Of a stretch of 64,000 nt of DNA, positions 37,922 to 50,144 are shown piece after piece (the stretch's first letter is position 1; every line of letters starts with the position of its first letter). The stretch spans positions 45,136,001 to 45,200,000 of the forward strand of contig OX597815.1 of assembly GCA_951406725.2 (NCBI GenBank), in the 5' to 3' direction. Source of the DNA: Octopus vulgaris (lineage: Eukaryota). Both the position numbers and the translations under genes were made by a program. The notes under the pieces were generated by a model, which did no database searches, was not told the origin of the DNA, and saw only the letters and a program-made list of their open reading frames with translations.

Positions 37922-38123
37922 ATTCGCCGTGATAGATCGCTAGCCACTACACATTCTTTATTTTCTCTCCTTGTTTCTTTCGGTGTTCCTTTCTGTGGAA
38001 GAGCGTAGGCTCGAAACGTTAAAGACTTTTTCACTTCCCGAACATTAAACTAATACATCTGTTTGTTGTCTAAACCACCTGTCTTCGTCTTTTGTCTTGT
38101 TTTTTTTTTTGTGAATTCTCCCT

Positions 38124-38125
<2 letters not shown>
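37918..38125 (+). mobile_element. PLE-like pLTR family E with minimal HHR (37989-38024)
   Basis: CUUU-CUGUGGAA-GAGC GUAG GCUC-GAAA-CG-UU-AAAG. Paralogs at 40620 and 44470. Between (TA)n and (TATG)n. Confidence 0.75.
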
Positions 38126-38155
<30 letters not shown>

Positions 38156-38342
38156 TGTATGTATGTACGTACGTACGTACGTATGTATGTATGTATGTAT
38201 GTATGCATGCATGTATGTACGTATGTATGTATGTATGTATGTATGTCTGTTTGTCTGTGCGTGTATATATATATGTATGTATTATATATATATATATACA
38301 CACACACATATATATATATGTATATATATGTATATATATATG

Positions 38343-38392
<50 letters not shown>

Positions 38393-39301
38393 CGTACATA
38401 CATACATACATACATACATACATACATACATGTATATTATCACTGTATTCGTTATTTGAATCCTATATTTAGTCTTCTTGTCCCTCCCCCTTTACACACA
38501 CTCGCACACATGAAACGATGCGCTGTCTCTCCCTCTCTCTTTCTCTCATTCAGTCCTCTTTCCATTCTCCCGCTCTTTTTCTCTCTCCTTCCCTCCCTCC
38601 CTCTCCCTTCCTCTCCCTCCCTCTCTCTCTCTCTCTCTCTCTCCCCTCCCCCTCTCTCTCTCTCTTCTCTCAACCCCATCCAGTCACTGATTCCTTTATT
38701 TATAAATAACTTCCACACCACATTAGGTCAAGCACAAACACTGAATTTCTTATTTTGGACCCAAAATTATTTTGACATTTCCTCTTTCTTTTTAAGTAAC
38801 TGAACAATCCAGACTGATTTAAACCGTGTTTTTTTTTCTTTACCCTTTTTTTCTACATTTTTGTCATTGTTCAACAGGTGTTCACCTGCCTGGGGCCCTT
38901 CGAACTCGCCTAAGGAAAACAAAACAACTGGCGTGTGTATGTGTGTGTGTGTGTGTATGTGTGTGTGTGCGTGTGTATGTGTATGTGTATGTGTGTGTGC
39001 ATGGTTGGCCATATGTTTGTGAATATGTTACGTGCATGAGTATGACACCTTTTGTTAGATTTGTGCCAGGTCTGAATATTGCGCTTGTCATCTTCGCGTT
39101 TCTTCTAAATACCTTTTCCCTATCATATAAAGAAAATGACATTAAATATTCGTTCATGCAGTGTCAAGCATACGTGGCACCTATACACGGACACAAATAT
39201 GTACACACGTGCTCGAAGGACTCAAAAGAAAATACACACTACATCATTCACAGATACACTGACACGCGCAACCACGCATGCACACACACACACACACACA
39301 C

Positions 39302-39342
<41 letters not shown>

Positions 39343-39347
<5 letters not shown>

Positions 39348-39579
39348 TATATAGAAGGAGCTTCTACAGGACTAGTACTGTTTCATTCAAGAGAAATCTT
39401 CAGGAAGCTCTTCCTGAAGACTTCCTGCATGTATATCCGACTTCCTGCTTCCTGAAGATTTCTCTTGAATGAAACAGTACTAGTCCTGTAGAAGCTCCTT
39501 CTATATAATAAATTAATTTTACTCTGCTATGTATTGAGTACCTTACTTACTGTGGTTAACCCCGAATCAACCCGGGACC

Positions 39580-39582
<3 letters not shown>
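39343..39582. mobile_element. Inverted-pair PLE-like insertion in (TA)n with a complete HHR in each arm
   Basis: 66-bp arms 39343-39408 / 39447-39512 plus tail. Confidence 0.85.
39447..39495 (+). ncRNA. Type I hammerhead ribozyme (mirror copy on - at 39358-39410)
   Basis: GCUUC-CUGAAGA-UUUC UCUU GAAU-GAAA-CAG UACUAGUC CUG-UA-GAAGC. Confidence 0.8.
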
Positions 39583-39616
<34 letters not shown>

Positions 39617-39620
<4 letters not shown>

Positions 39621-39840
39621 AAACAACACAGCTCCCATGACTTTCGGAAACATTTTTTCACTCTCAGAGTTGCTGAAGCATGGAACAAACTGCCTGCGTC
39701 AGTTGTTGACTACCATGACACTGCATCCTTTAAGGCCCTCATGCTTTCCGAAATCCGCCGAAACTACACCTGAATATACATACACTTTAGATGAGTTGTA
39801 GTGCACCTGAGCACTGTACACAATGTTTTATTATTATTAT
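39617..39840 (+). mobile_element. CR1-type LINE 3' end
   Basis: FRKHFFTLRVAEAWNKLPASVV...SFK C-terminal motif, short 3' UTR, (TTA)n tail. Confidence 0.8.
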
Positions 39841-39864
39841 ATATATATATATATATATATATAT

Positions 39865-40003
39865 TGCGAGGAAGGGATGGCCTCCCTTTGCAAATACTTC
39901 AAGGGCACTGAAAGGCTGTCTAAAGCCAGCTGGAGACGATGATCTCCTGGGGCTAAAAGCTACAGTAACACCCCCACTTTGTGGTTAGCCATATTGAGAT
40001 GGC
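39865..40003 (+). mobile_element. Diverged fragment of the 353-bp HHR-repeat family
   Basis: CCCTTTGCAAATACT...GCCAGCTGGAG...CTCCTGGGGCTAAAA.CTACAGTA...GGTTAGCCATATTGA.ATGGC shared with 56210-56345. Confidence 0.8.
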
Positions 40004-40034
40004 TTTCATACTTTACATTATATATATATATATA

Positions 40035-40212
40035 TATTCTTTTATTTGTTTCAGTCCTTTGACTGTGGTCATGAAGGACCACCGCCTTAAAGGGATGTAG
40101 TCGAAGAACCGACCCCAGAACTTATTCTTTGTAAGCCTAGTACTTATTCTATCGGTGTCTTTGGCTGAACCGCTAAGTTTGGGGGACATAAATACACCAG
40201 CAACGATTGTCA
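40035..40212 (-). mobile_element. SINE family B tail
   Basis: Reverse complement of 54600-54765. Confidence 0.8.
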
Positions 40213-40215
40213 GAC

Positions 40216-40337
40216 GGAGGTAATGAGTACGCACACCACCGTTTTCGGCATGACAAAAACCCTAACCCTAACCCTAACCCTAAACTCTAATCCTAACCCT
40301 AACCCTAAACACCGGATGTGCGTATTCTTTAGCTTCA
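40216..40337. repeat. Mini inverted-repeat element enclosing (CCCTAA)n telomere-type repeats (40259-40308)
   Basis: About 8 CCCTAA units, some degenerate. Flanks GAGTACGCACACC / GATGTGCGTATTC. Confidence 0.7.
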
Positions 40338-40519
40338 TCCGATTGTCATGCGATGGCGGCGGGGGATACAAACATGATATATATATACATATACATATAC
40401 ATATATACCACTCACACACCCATCCCCAAATCTCCACACCCACACATACATACACACACACGTCCAGACCACTAGCCCTTTTTCACACGCACATACATAC
40501 TCTCTTATACACACACGCA

Positions 40520-40812
40520 CCTTTGTATTGGGGGCTCCTTTGTATTAGAGGTCATCTGGACCTTGTTATCTCCCCTTCTTCCCCTCTCCCGTCTGAACAT
40601 TCTGTCGGAAGTCAGACGCCATGATAGATCGTTAGCTACTACACACATTTTTTTCTCTCCTTGTTTTTTTCTGTGTATCTTTCTGTAGAAGAGCGTAGGC
40701 TCGAAACGTAAAAGACTTTTTCTATTCCTGAGCGCTATACTAATACATTTGTTTGTTTGTACACCACCTCCCTTCGTCTTTTGTTTATTTTCGTAAACTT
40801 TCCCTTTATATA
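40520..40812 (+). mobile_element. PLE-like pLTR family E with minimal HHR (40678-40715)
   Basis: UCUUU-CUGUAGAA-GAGC GUAG GCUC-GAAA-CG-UA-AAAGA. Confidence 0.75.
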
Positions 40813-40877
<65 letters not shown>

Positions 40878-40882
<5 letters not shown>

Positions 40883-41297
40883 GTATGGTAAGACAATAAA
40901 AGAAGTAAAGGGACCTCGATATTATGTAAATAGAGGAATTTATCTGTAATATAATATGTGACGATTATTCGGTTGCCATAATAAAACTCCGAGTTTCGAA
41001 TGTCGTGGCGGAAATCTGCACCGGTATCTCTTCAGTTATCCAGGCAATTAAAATGACTGCTAAACAAAGGGAAATTACTATGTAATTGACCATTATTAAG
41101 GCTAAAGAGCTATTAGAATGACCGTTAAATAAGGGAAAAAATCCAAGGGGAGGAACTAAAAAGTAAAGGGATAAAAATGCTCATAGCAATCGCGTATGCG
41201 CGCATGTACATCCGTAAACATGCGCGCACGCACACCCACGTACATGTGCCTATATGCATATCTCACTCAGACTTGCATGAAACACACACATGTATCC
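40878..41297 (-). mobile_element. Inverted pLTR of the adjacent Penelope-like element, with HHR at 40980-41040
   Basis: Minus: GAUAA-CUGAAGA-[31-nt stem II]-GAAA-CUC G GAG-UU-UUAUU. Its inner end resembles the element's own 3' UTR (42490-42535). Confidence 0.75.
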
Positions 41298-42550
41298 TTA
41301 GATTTAAATAAGAATATTTACAAACCTTATAGGAAGTCAACGATAGACTTAGTTATATTAATATAGGTTCCTGCCATCCCCCATAGTGCTTAAAAATTTA
41401 GATAAAAACATTAGCAAAAGAATTTCTAACCTCTCCTCCGATAGGGACATTTTTTATAGCGTTGCCCCAGTATATAATAAAGCTCTAAAAGATAGTGGTT
41501 TTAGCGAGGAAATAACCTATACACCTGTCACCAGTTTAGTAATAAAGAAAAGGAAACATAGGAATAGGAAAACCCTCTGGTTCACATCCCCCTACTCCCC
41601 CGAAGTGACCTTTAATATAGGTAAGTATTTCTTAGCACTTTCAGATAGACATTTTCCAGTCAACCATAGTTACAGAAAGCTCTTCAATAGACATAACTTA
41701 AAAATCAACTACTAATTTTAAAAATATAATCGCACACAACACACAAAAACCACAAAATGAAACCAGCTGTTCATGCAAGGATAAAAATTTGTGCCCGCTA
41801 AATGGAGCTTGCATGTTGGAGACCATCATTTATGAAGCCACCATGGACTCTTCAACCACTAAGGACACAGTTTCGACAAAGAAATATGTGGGCCTGACAG
41901 AGGGGAATTTCAAGGCCAGGTTCAACAATCACACCTTGAGCTTCAGCTGGGATAAAAGGAAAACGACCAAATTTCCCAGTCACATATGGTCCTTAAAAGA
42001 TAAAGGTGTCAGTTACAACATCCAATGGAAGATCTTAGCCAAGTGTAAGCCTTACACCAACGGCAGTGGAAAGCGCGGTCTTTGTGATATGGAAATATGG
42101 CTCATTTGTAAAAGCAGCTTAGACCCCACTACATGTCTAAATTCAAGAACTGAACTTTTTGGATCATGTCCATATGTGGCTAAATATTTGTTACGTTTTT
42201 GGTCCCCCCAAAATCACAGATAGAACTTGCTTTTTATATTGTGTCCATGTTCAAGTTTTTTATCTCTCTATACTTTTTATATATATTTCTTATATATTTT
42301 TTACATATTTTAATATTTTTATTGCTTTATATATTTTCCCACATTTTTCCTTGTATTTTACCTTCCAGTCTGCATTTGCGTATATAGACGTGTATATGAA
42401 TTTTTCTGCGCGCGCGTGTGTGCGTGTGCGCGGGTGTGTATATATGTACATGTGTATGGTTGCATATATACATGGGCGTACATGCGATTGTTCCACGCGA
42501 GTGTAAGTGAGCATATGCATATATAGCATGTACATATTTTAGACGTGAAT
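41298..42550 (+). mobile_element. 5'-truncated Penelope-like retroelement: RT C-terminus + GIY-YIG endonuclease (pseudogene) and 3' UTR
   Basis: ISKRISNLSS...YNKALKDSGF...LWFTSPYS...NIGKYFL..DRHFP..KLFNRHNLKINY; CSCKDKNLCPLNGAC..IIYEAT..KYVGLTEGNFKARFNNHTLSF..HIWSLKD..IQWKIL..LC..E..LNSRTEL..C. Confidence 0.9.
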
Positions 42551-42552
42551 AT

Positions 42553-43735
42553 ATATGCCTATCTCTCTGATTTCATACAACAGCAAAGTCATGGAACGAA
42601 AATTTGAAGAAAACGACTTGCCGAGTGATACCCAGCATAGTTTTCGACCAGGTAGGAGCTGTCTGATCCAGAAATTGTGTAGTTTTGGCACAGCTGGAAA
42701 ACTTGTCGGGTGGTTACAGGACTTTCTGAAAGATAAAAGTCAGACAGAGCTGGCCAATGGAGCCACCTCTAAGAAAACACAAATAGTGAGTGGTGTTCCA
42801 CAAGGCACTGTCTTGGGACCACTGCTTTTCATAGTGGCCCTCTCAGATATACCCTCAGCTGCCCGGATGGCCACCTTGCTAGCTACGCAGATGATACGAA
42901 AGTCTTGCAGAAAATACAAAACCATAACGATGTTGCACACCTGCAGCAGGAGCTGGACACAATTTACAGATGGGCAGAGGACAGTAACATGCAGTTTAAT
43001 GCTGGAAAATTCCAAGCCCTGAGCTACCATCACCCAAAACTGAACCTTGAAGGGGTACACTGGCCCAGGGGTGATTACAATCCCCAAACCGAAATCAGTG
43101 CGTGGCCTGAGTATCGACATAAGATTACCAAGATGGCGACAAAGACAGCTGGCTGGTTGGATCCTGAGAACGTTCAGAACCAGAGAGAAGGAAACCATGA
43201 TAGTCCTCTAGAGGAAATTCGTCCTCAGCTGCCTTGACTACTGCTCCCAACTATGGTCACCCCGCAGTGTAAAATTAACAGCGAACCTTGAAGCAATCCA
43301 GCAAAGTTTCACAAGGAAGGTGTCTCATTGCAACAGCTCAGCTACTGGGAAAGACTGAAACAGATAAGATTCTACTGCCTGGGGCGAATGCGGGAGAGAT
43401 ATGCAGTAATATACAAGTGGAAGATACTGGAGGGTATTGTGCCAAATTTTGACATTCAAAGCCACACAAATGCCAGAACGGGTCGCCACTGCACAGTGTC
43501 AAAGATCCCAACAATGCCGTCGTCCTTCAGGACCAGTTACTGCAACAGCCTGGGTTTCAACGGCCAACAGCTTTTTAATATTCTCCCAAAGAACCTGAGG
43601 GACCTACACAAAGTGGACGTAGGTGTTTTCAAAACAAAACTGGATCTCTTCCTGTCGAGAGTCCCAGATGAACCTACCTCGCGGCAGGAACCGCAAATGA
43701 GGGCAGCGGCACCTGCTGGTCGACAATCTTAGCTA
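42553..43735 (+). mobile_element. CR1-clade LINE reverse transcriptase fragment (pseudogene)
   Basis: PISLIS..KVME, QHSFRPGRSC, SGVPQGTVLGPLLF, SYADDTK, WAEDSNMQFNAGKF, LDYCSQLWSP, LSYWERLK, FKTKLDLFL. Frameshifts and deletions. Confidence 0.9.
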
Positions 43736-43859
43736 ATACTTCATGGAAAATGCCCACAAGGGTACATTTCCTGCAGTCATTATTAATGTAGATAACCAAC
43801 ACAGATATTCTTCCCCAATTTTATTAAGCCAATTCAACAGAGGTGAATATGTTTCATCT

Positions 43860-44655
43860 AACCCTCCTTCCCCTTTTCTCTCTTCCTCTCACACCTACTT
43901 CCTCCCACACACCTCTCCTCTCTTGCTCCGACTCCTACTTCTTCTCTTCACTCCCACTCTCCTTCTCTCTTCTCTTCACTGCTACCCGTCTTCTCCCTTC
44001 ATCCTCTCCCTTCAACGTCACCCCTCCCTCGTAACCCTACCCCGACATATCAAACCCCACCTTTCCTATCCATCCCACCTCACTCCATCCCTTACACTCA
44101 CTCCTACATACCTCACCTCTACCCCCACCCTCAGCCTAACCCACACCCCAACCTTGCTTTCCCCACTCTCGCATCCCCTACATCCCAACACTACCACACT
44201 ACACCACACACCACCACACCAAACACCGCCATACCACATAACTCCACATCACATCACACACACTAGCACTGACCACTTCCCAGCCCCACACCATCATCCA
44301 CACACCTACACATGCACACACGTACACGTCAAGGTCACCAGCCGTCTTCCACACGAACATACATGCTCTCTTATACTCACGCACGCGCACCTTCGTTTTG
44401 GGATCACCACTACTTTATTATCTCCCCTTCATCCTAGCACTCCCGTGTGACCCCTCTGTCCGGCACTCGCTATGATAGATCGCTAACCACTATACATTCT
44501 TTATTTTCTCTCCTTGTTTCTTTCTATGTTTGTGTGGAAGAGCGTCGGCTCGAAACGTTAAAGACATTTTCACTTCCCGAACGTTAAACTAATACATCTG
44601 TTTGTTATCTACACCACCTGTCTTTGTGTTTTGTGTTTTGTGTTTTGTGAATTCT
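43860..44655 (+). mobile_element. C-rich 3' UTR plus pLTR family E with decayed minimal HHR (44528-44563)
   Basis: Pyrimidine/C-rich tract leading into TGATAGATCGCTAACCACT...GAAGAGCGTCGGCTCGAAACGTTAAAG, as at 37930 and 40620. Confidence 0.65.
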
Positions 44656-44656
44656 T

Positions 44657-44736
<80 letters not shown>

Positions 44737-44794
44737 CATACATACATACATACATACATACATACATACATACATACATACATACATACATACA

Positions 44795-44826
<32 letters not shown>

Positions 44827-46526
44827 CGTGCATATACACATATACAGAATTGTACAAACAGAGAATTTCCAGAAATTAACAATTAATTTCACAGAAAATT
44901 GAATTTTCACGCTTAAGGACATATTACATTTATTCTGTTGGATATATGAACAATGTAACTAATTCTTTTTGCTCGAGTTTGTCAAACTGACATAAAATAT
45001 TTTCACCCCATACTTCATCCTCGAATCTCTAGAGACAGGAACAGTATCGCACTACAAAGATTTGAAAAAGACTGGAAACCTTATTATAGTCGTTCAACCT
45101 GCTAGAAATAGATGAAAATCTTAGCTGGAATCACATCTCTTAATGTGAAATGATAGATTTGACAAATTATATTCATTGATAGGCAAAATACAGGATAGTT
45201 ACAGCTAGAATGCATTTGATTGTATGTCACATTGCTCGAGTTTCACCTGAGGTTAAACGGTAATAACTACATTATATCTCCTAACGAATAACATTTCATC
45301 AAGGAAGTAAGTGAGCGTGCACAAACAATAAAAACAATAGAGAAGTCAAGGATGTCGTTGGAAATTAGAGGAACGCTCAAAATTATGAAGTTAACTTTTC
45401 TAGGAAACAGAACTGTTGCATAGTTTGTATTTTCTAAATATTCTTATAAAAACATAAAACTTTTTATATATAAAGTCTCGCGAAGCAGCTTTGAATAAAA
45501 TATAGTGTCATTCAAATCCCAGTATGTATATTCATCCATGCTCTTTGGGAAGAGAAATTTCTTCTGGGACTAATTCCGCAGTGAAAGATATTCTTACGTT
45601 CGAATATACTTGAACGTGTTAAATACAACTTTACACGTATATATATTATTCAGCACCTCTTCGTGTGGCTATATTTAATTCTGACTTGATTAAACTTACG
45701 TACATCAACAAACGTAGCGTATATGATACTAATTATAAGCATTTTTTCGTTCTGATCGGGCTGTGAAATACGGATTGGGAGTTCTTTTGAGACTAATTCT
45801 GCAACAGGAAGTTTTTTAATGTTCGAATGTACTCGAACATGTTAAATGTGATTTTACCGGAATATATTATACTTTGTAACTTTCAGTGGGGGATATATGG
45901 TCGTGCACCTTGTTTAACAGAACCATCTGGTTATTGAGCACATAGTGTAGTATAATATGATGCAAGTATACACACCAAGATAGATATTCACCAATATAAA
46001 CAGACATACACCACCACCAACACTACTTATATCATGTATACACAAGGTACCTACTTTATGCGTATATCTGCCATACAAACACGAAGTAAAGACAACTAAA
46101 GAGAAATCAACGTAAAGGACACAGTTGTGTGGAAATTAACATTGTCAAACGGAAAAGTTGTTTAATTGAATAATCAATAATAAGTCGAGTATTGTGGATG
46201 GATGCTTTTGTTGACAGCACAACCTTTGCAAAGAACAACATTTTTTTCAGCGTACACATTCAGATCATGAATTTTACGAAACAGATACATAAAGAATTTT
46301 ACACACACACACACACACACACATACGCACGCACACATACACACGCACACATACACACACACACACACATACACACGCACATACGCACGCACACACATAC
46401 ACACACATATACGCAGGCATGCATATACACACACACTCATATGTATATATCTGTATATGTATATATGTATGCATATGTATGTATGTATTTATGTATAAAT
46501 AAATAAATATATATACACACACACAT

Positions 46527-46557
<31 letters not shown>

Positions 46558-46564
46558 GCAAAGT

Positions 46565-47034
46565 AAAGTTTTAAGGTACCGCACGAGTGGAAATATATGT
46601 GAAAGAAAGTTTGAAAATGGAATTTTAAAGATGTTTATTCACTTGACCGGTTTCACTTTTTTAGAAAAAGATTGTCAAAAGTAAAATGTAAAGCTTTGTA
46701 TCAGCTTTGTTGTGTCAAGAGAAAATGTCAGAAAGAGAGGTCAGTTATTCCTCTACAATTTTTGTAAGCTCTTAAATATATCTCCTTCTGTGTATATATC
46801 TATATACTACCAAACAAGCATGATTTTTATTGAACTCAAAATACTTTTTGGAGTATCGTTCTGATTACTTTCTTAAATACTTTCTTGTAAACTGTTTTTA
46901 ACATTTTCTTATTATTATCAACACAACAAAGCTTATACAAAGCTTTACATTTCACTTTTGATAATCTTTTTCTAAAAAAGTGAAACCGGTCAAGTGAATA
47001 AAGATTTTTAAAATTGCATTTGCAGACCTTCTTT

Positions 47035-47038
<4 letters not shown>
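46565..47038. mobile_element. Inverted-pair PLE-like insertion between microsatellites
   Basis: Arms ~46598-46730 / ~46898-47038. Confidence 0.8.
46951..46998 (+). ncRNA. Hammerhead ribozyme variant with U3-A8 core (mirror copy on - at 46638-46685)
   Basis: UUCACUU-UUGAUAA-UCUUUUU CUA AAAAAGU-GAAA-CCGG-UC-AAGUGAA. Confidence 0.8.
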
Positions 47039-47078
<40 letters not shown>

Positions 47079-47081
<3 letters not shown>

Positions 47082-47440
47082 GAGTTAAGAACTGGAGTAG
47101 ATAAGATCCGAGCAACATATGTTTCATAGCGAGCGGAACCTCGGAAGTGATAAATATCCAAGTGAGGTGTATCTCGCAGGCTACCCTTCAGGCCAAGGAT
47201 ATATTGATTAAATGAAAGTTTAATTCTGTTTTAATCTTCCTTGTGTTAACATGTACCTTTCATTTAATCAAGATATCCTTGACCTGAAATGTAGCCTGCG
47301 GTATACACCTCGCCTGGATATTTACCACTTCCGAGGTTCCGCTCGCTATGAAACATATTTAGCCCGGATCTCATCTACTCCATTCCTCAACTCTTGTATT
47401 CTTATTCGCATATCCGGCAATTTTGGATGCCTACAGTGAA
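47079..47440. mobile_element. Inverted-pair PLE-like insertion with long-stem-II HHRs (47111-47194 -, 47281-47365 +)
   Basis: Arms 47079-47219 / 47257-47396. Minus: GGC-CUGAAGG-GUAGC...GCUAU-GAAA-CAUAUG-UU-GCU. Confidence 0.75.
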
Positions 47441-47595
47441 ATATAAAAAAGAACTTTTTTTCTATTTATCGTACTTCAATAAGAAAAAAATCCACAACCT
47501 TCCGTCTCAATAAACCACTATTGTCCCTGAAAGATTTTTTCAAATATTGATTACGGTTTGCTTGAAGCTGACTTTCATCATAAATCTCGATTCTT

Positions 47596-47949
47596 GGCTT
47601 TATGGTAAGAAGCTTGCTTCCCAATCACATAGCTCCAAGTTCGGTTCCATTGCGTGGTACCTTGAGCAAGTGTCTTCTGCTATAGCCTTGGGTCGACCAA
47701 AGCCTTGTGAATGGATTTGGTAGACGGAAACTGAAAGAAGCCTGTCGTGTATGTATGTTTGTGCTTGTCCTCACCACCATCGCTTGACAACCGATGTTGG
47801 TGTGTTTACTTCCGCGTAACTTAGCGGTTTGAAAAATGTAACGATAGAATAAGTACTAGGCTTACAAAAAATAAGCGTTGGGGTCGATTTTTTCGTCTAA
47901 ATGCAGTGATCCAGAATGGCCACACTCAAATGACTGAAACAAGTAAATG

Positions 47950-47951
<2 letters not shown>
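47596..47951 (+). mobile_element. SINE family B, near full length
   Basis: Colinear with 54321-54767. Confidence 0.85.
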
Positions 47952-47999
<48 letters not shown>

Positions 48000-48001
<2 letters not shown>

Positions 48002-49065
48002 TATACTATACTAAAACTCAAAGTTTGTCTGTTTTCCTGCCCTTAGATCAAGAAGAAGCAGATTACAAATAAAATAGTCATTTCCCCCTTTAAGAAAAAA
48101 ACAAAAACAAATCAAGTTGAAAATGTCGATTTGCGTCACTTTAAAGAGTCGTCGCAGCAACCACCGTCCATCCTTTTTTTCTTACTTTCTTGTTTCGTCC
48201 CTTAATCATTTATACAACTTTCGGCGTGCCGTGGATGAAAGATAGAAATTCTCCCTGTATTTTTATGAGATATTTTTGAATCAGGGGTACTTGATTTTTT
48301 TTCTTTCTTAAGGTAGATAAACAGATAGAGAGGCTATCTCTTTATAGTCGAAGATCAGTTGCAATGGACGGAGTTGAATCGCATACGAATGGAAAAACAA
48401 TCAACAATAAATGGGTTGTACCTTGTAATGAAACTCTTTTAAGAGCATTCAAATGCCACTGCAACGTTGAAATCGTTGCTAAGTGAGGTCAGTTAAGTGC
48501 GTCATCAAGTACACGCTGAAAGGAATGATCAAACTGCTGTTCAAATAAACAATGATAACGAAATTAGTCAATATCTAATAGGTAAGTATATTGGACCATC
48601 TGAAGCAGTTGCATCCATTTTATAGTTTTCAATTCATGAAAGAGCACCTGCAATAGTGATACTGCAAGTTCATATACCAGATGAACAAAGAATATTGTTC
48701 ATAAATAATGAGGATATAGCTGTCAATGAGCTACATATTAGAACATTGACAGAATTATTTTCATTGTGCATTAAGGATGACTTTGCAAAAACATTACTTT
48801 ATGCTGAAGTACCCATGTATACCACTTGGAACAATAGTAACAAAGAATGGCAAAGAAGAAAGCGAGGAAAAATTTGAATACCATTTAAACTTTTCCAAAA
48901 AGAAACACTTGGTCGTGTTTATGTTGTCACTCCAAAGGCAGTAGAACTGTTTTATATAAGAATCTTATTACATGAAGTTTGAAATAGTATTTTTTCCTCT
49001 GCTACCGTGCAACGACATTTTCAACCCGGAGTGGTTGTAATCCAACGGGTCACAGGTACATCTAG
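48000..49065 (+). mobile_element. Internally deleted Helitron with RepHel fragment
   Basis: INNKWVVPCN..FKCHCNVE, KYTLKG, EISQY..KYIGPSEA, FSIHERAP..LQVH, TLTELFSLC.KDDFAKTLLYAEVP, WQRRKRG, LGRVY..FYIRILLHEV. 3' hairpin ACCCGG..CGGGT and CTAG|T. Confidence 0.85.
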
Positions 49066-49139
49066 TATGTATATGTGTGTGTGTGTATTTGTATGTGTGC
49101 ATACTGCACAAACATACATGCACACATACATGCATATAT

Positions 49140-49182
<43 letters not shown>

Positions 49183-49818
49183 AAAAACTGGAGGGAATAA
49201 AATATATGATGTAATCTTCTTTATATGTTAGATACTCGTTTCAACATTGTCAGTATTTTATTATATACTACAGGTAGGCATTTCCCCATAAACCATAAAT
49301 ATAAGTTCTTTAATCCAAATATCGCTACGGTGAGCATTGATGGCGCCAAAACTTTCGTTGCTTCAGTAACCAGTATAGGAAGTACGAACTTGCACAATTA
49401 TTCTTCTTTATGGTATTATTTTCAATTCTATTACCTTGTCTTCCACCCCGACGCTATGGGACTTTCGAAAGCATTACTATATCAATCATCTCTCTCTCTC
49501 TCTCTCTCTTTTTTTTTTTTCTCCCTCCTGCAAGTATCTCAGGAGTCTGCAGAATCGGACTTTATCCTGGTGTTTGTGGCGTTTAAATGAGACTCTCCTT
49601 CTTACTCTGAGACAAGTTCTTCAGAAAGTTAACTCACAGCTGCTGCTTGTATTCATTTTCAATCGAGTGGATTGGTGCAACGTGATTTAAAGTACTTGCT
49701 GAACGATACAACACATGCCAGTCCAGGAATCTAACCTAAGACTCATCGTAAACCAATACCTAAAATAATAAACTAGGGGCCATACACGCACACAAACTCG
49801 CATTCACACACATCATAA

Positions 49819-49849
<31 letters not shown>

Positions 49850-49867
49850 TGTATGTATGTATGTATG

Positions 49868-49919
<52 letters not shown>

Positions 49920-50022
49920 AACAATATAAATAATATTAAAATTATTTATATTATTATATGACCAAACGCCACGCATCCTTTTCCAAGTAAGTCTTATCTA
50001 TTTATCTATCTATCTATCTCTG

Positions 50023-50102
<80 letters not shown>

Positions 50103-50144
50103 TACATACATATATATAAATATATACACACTCACATACACACA

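Noticed and set aside
43743-44450. 235-aa His/Pro/Thr/Leu-rich ORF
   Set aside because: Stop-poor C-rich low-complexity tract leading into a pLTR; no domain motif.
49180-49330. Possible PLE relic (RHFPINHKYKFFNPN plus minus-strand CTGACAA..GAAACGAGTA)
   Set aside because: Too short and degraded to support as a feature.
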